A DNA stretch of 64,000 nt from an uncultured Methanobacteriaceae archaeon. GTDB taxonomy: Archaea > Methanobacteriota > Methanobacteria > Methanobacteriales > Methanobacteriaceae. A model generated the notes under the pieces. That model made no database searches. It had not been told where the DNA came from and was given only the letters and a program-made list of their open reading frames with translations. Below, one piece after another: positions 57,354-64,000 of this stretch (its first letter is position 1; each line of letters begins with the position of its first letter). The DNA is taken from assembly GCA_963788665.1 (NCBI GenBank), contig CAWBHV010000017.1, positions 3,846 through 67,845 of the forward strand. Direction: 5' to 3'. The position numbers were made by a program, and so were the translations under genes.

Positions 57354-57515
57354 ATGAAAAGATACAAGTGTAAAGTTTGTGGTTATATATATGATCCCGA
57401 AATAGGTGATCCTAAAAGAAAAATAGCTCCAGGTACCTCATTTGAAGACTTAAGCAGTACATGGAGTTGTCCTCAATGTGGGGCTGGTATAAACAGATTT
57501 GTTATTAAAGATTAA
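57354..57515 (+). CDS. Rubredoxin (basic variant)
   Basis: [53 protein letters not shown]; GAGG RBS; not in the ORF track. Confidence 0.93.
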   Translation: MKRYKCKVCGYIYDPEIGDPKRKIAPGTSFEDLSSTWSCPQCGAGINRFVIKD

Positions 57516-57579
57516 ACTATATATTTAGTGCGATGATAAAATCATACTATCATTAAAAAAAAATTGTAGGAGTTGTAAT

Positions 57580-57741
57580 ATGCAGAAATATTTATGCACA
57601 GCATGTGGATATATTTACGATCCGGAAGTAGGGGATCCAGATGCAGGAATAGCACCAGGAACAAGCTTTGAAGATTTACCGGATGATTGGGTTTGTCCAT
57701 TGTGTGGAGTTGGAAAAGAATTATTTGAAAAAACAGACTGA
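57580..57741 (+). CDS. Rubredoxin (canonical acidic)
   Basis: [53 protein letters not shown]; not in the ORF track. Confidence 0.95.
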   Translation: MQKYLCTACGYIYDPEVGDPDAGIAPGTSFEDLPDDWVCPLCGVGKELFEKTD

Positions 57742-57812
57742 TAAAACCTTTATTTATTAATTTTTTTTATTTAACCTAATGTTTTAAAATTTAATTAAGG
57801 AGGATAAAAATT

Positions 57813-58322
57813 ATGGATGAAAAGATGGTTGAAGCACTTAACGGTCAGTTAAATGCAGAGCTTTATTCTTCATATTTGTACTTATCTATGGGTACATACT
57901 TTGAATCTAGGGATATGAGTGGGTTTTCAAATTGGATGAGAGTTCAAGCACAAGAGGAACTTGCACATGCAATGAAAATACACGACTATGTGATACAAAG
58001 GGGTGACAGAGTAATCCTAACCCAGATAGATTCACCTCCTATAGATTGGGATTCTACACAAGCAGCCTTTGAACACGTTTACAGTCATGAAATAAAGGTA
58101 ACAGGATTAATTAACAAACTGGTTGATCTTTCCATATCATTGGGAGACCATGCAACCAATAACTTCCTACAATGGTTCGTTGCAGAACAGGTTGAAGAAG
58201 AAGAATCATCAAGCGGTGTACTCAAAAAAGTTAAAATGGCCAAAGAATCAACCACTGGGATTCTTATGTTGGATAATGAGCTAGCTCAAAGAGTTTTCAC
58301 CCCACCAACAGCAACCAAATAA
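57813..58322 (+). CDS. ftnA: Non-heme ferritin
   Basis: [39 protein letters not shown]. Confidence 0.95.
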   Translation: MDEKMVEALNGQLNAELYSSYLYLSMGTYFESRDMSGFSNWMRVQAQEELAHAMKIHDYVIQRGDRVILTQIDSPPIDWDSTQAAFEHVYSHEIKVTGLINKLVDLSISLGDHATNNFLQWFVAEQVEEEESSSGVLKKVKMAKESTTGILMLDNELAQRVFTPPTATK

Positions 58323-58502
58323 TACATTTGAATCCTTAACTTTTTTAGCTTTTAGAACAAACTCATCTACAGTATTGTCGGATATACTGGAATACTTTTG
58401 AGCAAATTTATTTTCTACAAATAGCCTGTTAGGCCGCACCCACCGTATCGTTAAAATAGCCCTATAATGGTCTTCTTTTTTATAAAAACTATATTTTTAG
58501 GC

Positions 58503-59078
58503 TTATTTTTTTAATAGTGATTTAAAGGATTCAGTCCATTTTTCATGAGTTTCAGCTTCGTTGAATCCAATAACCAGTTGCATTGATATATCGAATGAAA
58601 GTGCCATCAGAAGCTGTGCTAGAGTATTTGCATCCACATCATCCCTAATAGTGGCTTTTTCCTGTTGGCTTTTTATAAATACTTGGAATGCATATAATTT
58701 TTCATTGTAACCATCCCTGTAAATATTACTCAGATCATCATCGTGTAATGATAGTGTTAGTAATTCAAAAGGTACTTTTAAACCATCTTCAAGCCCTATC
58801 ATCATGTTGTAAAATTCTTCGAGAGCTTCGGGATAATCGTGTCCTTCGAATGTTTTGTAAAACTTTTCGGCTATATTTTGTTTTGTTGATATGACTTTGA
58901 GGATTTCTAGTTTACTTTTGAAGTATGTGTAGAGTGTGGATTTACTCATTCCCGCTTTTTCAGCTATTTCATCTATTGAGGAGCCTTGATACCCTTTTTG
59001 AGAAAAAACTTTGATTGCGGCTTTGATTATTTTAGATTTAACTATTTCTTTATATTCTTCAGGGAGTACTCTTGGCAT
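58503..59078 (-). CDS. TetR/AcrR family transcriptional regulator
   Basis: FSQKGYQGSSIDEIAEKAGMSKSTLYTYFKSK. Confidence 0.93.
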   Translation of the reverse strand: MPRVLPEEYKEIVKSKIIKAAIKVFSQKGYQGSSIDEIAEKAGMSKSTLYTYFKSKLEILKVISTKQNIAEKFYKTFEGHDYPEALEEFYNMMIGLEDGLKVPFELLTLSLHDDDLSNIYRDGYNEKLYAFQVFIKSQQEKATIRDDVDANTLAQLLMALSFDISMQLVIGFNEAETHEKWTESFKSLLKK

Positions 59079-59220
59079 TACAAATCACCTTGTCTTATTT
59101 GTAGTTATTATTCTGGTTAATTATAAGTAGTCCATAATTCATATAGATATTACTCATAGTTTGATTGAATGTACTAATAGTTCGATGTAGATTTTTTGAA
59201 AATGGTTATCGGAGGATTGT

Positions 59221-60543
59221 ATGAAAATCGATATAAACAATAAAACTGTTGGTGGATTTACTTACGAATTTTTAAGAGGCATAAGCTTGGAGTATGTAGG
59301 AGCCGCTGAATATGGTGAATGTATGGAAACCATAAGCAGAGTAAAAGATGGAAATTTCAATAGTTGGATAAGTGAATGGGCTAGCACAGCCAACAGGGTT
59401 TCAAATTACGCGGAAAAAGAACTGAATTCAGATGATAAATTAACAGCCAGAAATGCATTTCTTCGAGCAAGTAACTATTATCGTATGGCGGTATTTTATG
59501 CTTCATATAAAGATCCAAGACATACCGAACTGTGGAAAAGGAGTAAAGAATGTTTCCATAGGATGATAGATTTAATGGATCACCCTATTGAGACCATTGA
59601 AATAGACTTTGAAGGTGCTAAACTACCGGGATATTTTATATCTGGAGGCGAAGGTAAACATCCTACTCTTATAGCCATGGGTGGATTTGACTCTACAATG
59701 GAGGAGGTTTACTGCTGGATCGGAGCTGTAGCTGCAGAATATGGATGGCACTGTCTCATTTTCGAGGGGCCAGGACAATGGGGCGCTTTAAAACTCAATC
59801 CTGGGCTTGTATTTAGAGCAGATTATGAAAAACCAGTTTCAGCTGTGATAGATTATGCATTATCTCGTTCTGATATTGATGCGGACAAATTGGCACTTAT
59901 AGGTTACTCAATGGGTGGTTATTTAGCACCAAGGGCTGCGGCAGGAGACACAAGGATAAAGGCATGTATTGCAAATACCCTCGTGGTGGATGGTGGTGAA
60001 GCAGCAAGGGCTGGCTTGAAAGGACTTCATAATCCTCAAGCTATTGATACGATGTTCAGTTTGTTAATGAAGCTGAATACACCTGCTCGTTGGGGATTCC
60101 AACATTCTCAATGGGCTTTGGGTATTTAAAAGCCACATGAGTGGATCGATGCTTACGATCCATTTAATCTCAAAGGGCTTGAAGACAAGTTTAAAAATCC
60201 AATGCTGTTTTTATTTAGTGAGGATGATATTATTGATGCAGCCGCTCCAAGCGCTAAAATTGTATCAGAACTATTAGAATTTATAATTTCTCTAAATTGT
60301 GATCGTGCAGTTCACCTATTCACCAAAGAAGAAGGAGCTTCAGGTCACTGTCAGATGGGAGGTTTAAGCTATGCACATGCAGTAATATTCCAATGGCTTG
60401 ATCAAACTTTTTATAATAATGATTCAAAAGTTGAACCAAATATTGATTCTAAGGAAGCATTTGTGGAAATTTTCAAGAAATATGGGGGAGAAATAGCCGA
60501 AAAAAGAGCTCAAGAATTATTGGATATTGCGAGTTACATATAA
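59221..60543 (+). CDS. Alpha/beta hydrolase (FrsA / 2,6-dihydroxypseudooxynicotine hydrolase-like); indel near 60128
   Basis: RASNYYR, GGFDSTMEE, EGPGQ, nucleophile elbow GYSMGG, GASGHCQ catalytic His. Confidence 0.87.
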
Positions 60544-60757
60544 TCATCAGTGACCTAATAAATTATTTTATCATTGTTAGGTAATAATCAATAGTTCATG
60601 TTCATAAAAAATTTCAGATTTAATCTGGTTATTTTAATCATTTAACGTGTAATATTGGTTTATTCAGCTGAATTTTTTTTTGACGAAATTTTTAAATAAA
60701 TTTAACAACATAATATTGTATTAATAATTCCAATTGTTTTACAAATGGAGGTGCAGT

Positions 60758-61445
60758 ATGGGTGAAAAAGTTTACATGGTAAAAAAGATGAAGAAGGAAG
60801 GAATTGGAATGCCTTTAATCGGAGATAAATTCCCCAAGATGGAAGTCCAAACAACAAAGGGGATGATTAAGCTTCCGAAGGCCTATAAAGGTAAATGGTT
60901 TGTTTTATTCAGCCATCCGGCAGATTTTACCCCGGTATGTACTACTGAATTCTTTGCATTCCAGGAGCGCTACGATAAATTCAGGGAATTTGATTGTGAA
61001 CTGATAGGTTTGAGTGAGGATCAAATCTTCTCACATTTAAAGTGGGTAGAATGGATCAAGGATAATTTGGGAGTTGAAATAGAGTTCCCTATTATTGCAG
61101 ATACCGGAGCGGTTGCAAGCACCCTTGGATTGATCCACCCGGCTAAAGCATCAAACACAGTAAGAGCGGTGTTCATAATAAATCCTAAGGGAATAATACG
61201 TGCAATACTATATTATCCACAGGAACTTGGACGAAACATCGATGAGATGTCTAAGAATGATAGAAGGTTTCCATCAGATTGAGAAAAAACAAGTAGCTAT
61301 ACCTGCTAATTGGCCTGAAAATGAACTCATGGGCAAATCTTTAATAATTCCCCCAATACCAGATATTGAAGCCGGTAAAAAACGATCTGACAAGTATAAA
61401 TGTTATGATTGGTGGCTCTGCTACAGAAATTATTACAAATGGTAA
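60758..61445 (+). CDS. Peroxiredoxin (archaeal Prx6/TDXH type); indel near 61250
   Basis: [37 protein letters not shown]. Confidence 0.93.
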
Positions 61446-61496
61446 AAATGAATTAGACGCATTATTGTCGCTTAGTTTGACAGGAGGATAAAATAT

Positions 61497-62108
61497 ATGG
61501 AATCTAAAATGTATAAACTTCCAGAACTACCCTATGGATATAAAGATTTAGAACCCTATATTTCCGAGGAACAGCTGAAATTACATCATGATAAACATCA
61601 TCAAGCATATGTTGACGGTGCCAACGCAATTTTGAAAAAATTTGATGCAAGAGATTCTGAAGAATTTGATGTTAAGGCTGTTTTTAAAGAATTTACATTC
61701 CATGTAGGAGGATATGTGCTTCATAAATACTTCTGGGAGAATATGGGACCTGCTGATAAGTGTGGTGGAGAACCAACAGGAACCATAGCTGAATACATTA
61801 AAAAAGATTTTGGAAGCTTTGAAAGATTTAAAAAGGAATTTTCCCAGGCAGCTGTAAGTGTTGAAGGTTCTGGTTGGGCTGTTTTGACACTGTGCAAAAT
61901 GACCAACAGGTTATTCATCATGCAAGTCGAAAAACACAATGTGAACCTTATCCCGGGGTTCAGAATTATGATGGTTCTTGATACATGGGAACATGCATAT
62001 TACTTGGACTATAAAAACAAAAGACCGGATTATGTAAAAGCATTCTGGAATATTGTGAATTGGGATGAAGTAAACAAGAAAATGGATGCTTGGCTTAAAG
62101 TACCATAA
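61497..62108 (+). CDS. sod: Fe/Mn superoxide dismutase
   Basis: [22 protein letters not shown]. Confidence 0.96.
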   Translation: MESKMYKLPELPYGYKDLEPYISEEQLKLHHDKHHQAYVDGANAILKKFDARDSEEFDVKAVFKEFTFHVGGYVLHKYFWENMGPADKCGGEPTGTIAEYIKKDFGSFERFKKEFSQAAVSVEGSGWAVLTLCKMTNRLFIMQVEKHNVNLIPGFRIMMVLDTWEHAYYLDYKNKRPDYVKAFWNIVNWDEVNKKMDAWLKVP

Positions 62109-62229
62109 AATAAACCCTTCAATTTCTATTTTTTTTATACATATTGTCAACTAAATAGTTCGTTTAATTAAATTTAAAATAGATCTAGATCATCATACAA
62201 AAAATAAAAAAACCATAAAAAAAGATTAT

Positions 62230-62397
62230 TTATGGTCGTTTGGTTATGTTGAACCGTCTTTTAATTGCACCACATGATGGACAGTACCATTCATCTGGAA
62301 GATCATTAAAATCTGTTCCCGGAGCCGTATTATTTCTTGGTTCACCCTTTTCTGGATCATACACGTACCCACACATCGAACATCTGTATTTATCCAT
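62230..62397 (-). CDS. Rubredoxin
   Basis: [55 protein letters not shown]; GGAGG RBS; not in the ORF track. Confidence 0.93.
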   Translation of the reverse strand: MDKYRCSMCGYVYDPEKGEPRNNTAPGTDFNDLPDEWYCPSCGAIKRRFNITKRP

Positions 62398-62699
62398 ACA
62401 AAAATACCTCCAATCGAACTTTTAACCTTCAAATTTTTTTTTATCTGGTTCTTGATTTCTACTCGATGTTTATATTATGGTTCACAATTCATAAAAAATT
62501 TACTCAAAATAATGCCCAAGCATAATTTACATTCAAAACAAATTCATCATAAAATCTCATATAGGATCATAAAAAAATTTAACTGGATTTGATATCGGTA
62601 AATGCAGGTCATTTAAATCGTAAGCTTTAAGTTAGTTTCCATTAAAGTTAATTTGATTTATCAATTTTTTTAAAGTAACGATCCAAATTGGAGGATACA

Positions 62700-64000
62700 A
62701 TGATCTGGAATAGAAGAGGCAGAGTGTATGTCTGCACAGGATACTAGTGAACTGCAGCTTGAAAGGTTACAGGCTGTTGTGAAGCGGGCTTATGAAAATG
62801 TCCCTTATTATAATAAACGTTTCACTGATATGAAAATTGAACCCGATGACATAGAAACATTGGAGGATATTAATAAACTTCCATTCACAACCAAGGCCGA
62901 TCTGCGGGATGCATATCCGTTTGGGATGTTCGCGGTTCCAATAGATGAGATAGTAGAAGTTCATACAACATCTGGAACAACTGGAAAACCAACTGTTTCT
63001 GGTTACACATCCGATGATCTCGATATATGGGGAGAGGTCATGGCCAGGGCTCTGACCATGACTGGTGTTCTTAAAAATGATAGGATACAGAATAGTTATG
63101 GTTACGGTCTTTTCACCGGCGGTATGGGTGTTCATTACGGTGGACAGAAGATCGGCGCTACTGTAATACCTATCTCAGCTGGAAACACTATGAGACAACT
63201 TGAAATAATGCAAGATTTCGAAACCACTGTGTTAACATGCACCCCATCCTATGGGATGTACCTTGCAGAAGTCGCCGAAAATGAGGGTGTAGACACTGCG
63301 AAACTCAAATTAAAAGCCGGTTGTTTTGGTGCTGAAATGTGGACAGATGAAATGAGGGATAAACTAGAAAAAAGACTAAATATTTCGGCCCAAAATATTT
63401 ATGGTTTAACAGAAATAATCGGCCCGGGCGTTGCAATGGAGTGTCCAGTGAAAAACGGTCTTCATATATTCGAAGACCATTTTTACCCGGAAATAATCGA
63501 CCCAGAAACACTTCAACAAGTGCCTGATGGAGATAATGGTGAACTGGTGCTAACAACCCTTACACGTGAAGGAATGCCCGTAATAAGGTTCCGAACAAGG
63601 GACATAACATCACTCAACAGGGGATTGTGTGGCTGTGGGAGAACACAGGTTAAAATGAATCGTATAACCGGTAGAAGTGATGATATGCTCAAAGTTAGGG
63701 GTGTTATAGTGTTCCCGTCCCAAATTGAAAAGGCACTGCTTAAAATAAAAGGATTAGAACCTCAATACCAGATAATTGTAACACGTCCGCATCATCTCGA
63801 CGAACTCGAAGTTCAGGTTGAAACCTCTCCAGCCATGTTTTCTGATGAAGTTAAACATGTTGAAGAGATCAAAAAGAAACATAGAAAATAAAATTCACAG
63901 CGAAATAGGTTTAAGGGTGAATATAACTCTGGTTGAACCTAAAAGTTTACCTAGAAGTGAGGGTAAAGCTGTTAGAGTTATTGACAAACGAAACATTTAA
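62700..64000 (+). CDS. paaK: Phenylacetate-CoA ligase; indels near both ends
   Basis: MIWN start with [56 protein letters not shown]. Confidence 0.93.

Noticed and set aside
58420-58475. GC-richer patch between ferritin and TetR, considered as a tRNA fragment or IS end
   Set aside because: No cloverleaf, T-loop motif or terminal inverted repeat pair found
62240-62525. Track ORFs 62240-62425, 62244-62432 and 62337-62525
   Set aside because: Alternative frames overlapping the real 55-aa rubredoxin at 62230-62397

Overview
AT-rich archaeal chromosome segment from a Methanobacteriales methanogen, most likely Methanobacterium. Evidence: mfnB, atwA, archaeal histone, NAC, archaeosine TGT, pseudomurein-binding repeat proteins and GGTGA/GGAGG ribosome-binding sites. 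In order, it holds: argC/argB/argJ; a MacB-like ABC exporter; a tightly coupled operon (tgtA, nac, CpdA-like metallophosphoesterase, NYN/Zc3h12a RNase, membrane-anchored GGDD palm-domain protein); a surface-glycan cluster with a B12 radical SAM enzyme; Lut-like Fe-S proteins; an HtpX-like protease; an adhesin; mfnB-guaB-mobA; a non-canonical thymidylate synthase paralog; cell-wall proteins; an integrase relic; nadM-moaE-HD-ubiX-cbiT; an MsvR-type regulator divergent from hcp with three TTCG-N8-CGAA-type boxes; atwA; an oxidative-stress region (USP, three rubredoxins, ferritin, peroxiredoxin, SOD); and paaK. Many conserved genes carry single-base indels, most likely uncorrected assembly errors, so split ORFs were rejoined by eye. 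No rRNA, tRNA or CRISPR array was seen. The best candidate for an undescribed system is the GGDD nucleotide-synthase-like protein + phosphodiesterase + RNase module at about 8.2-11.2 kb. All product calls come from motif recognition; no database search was run.
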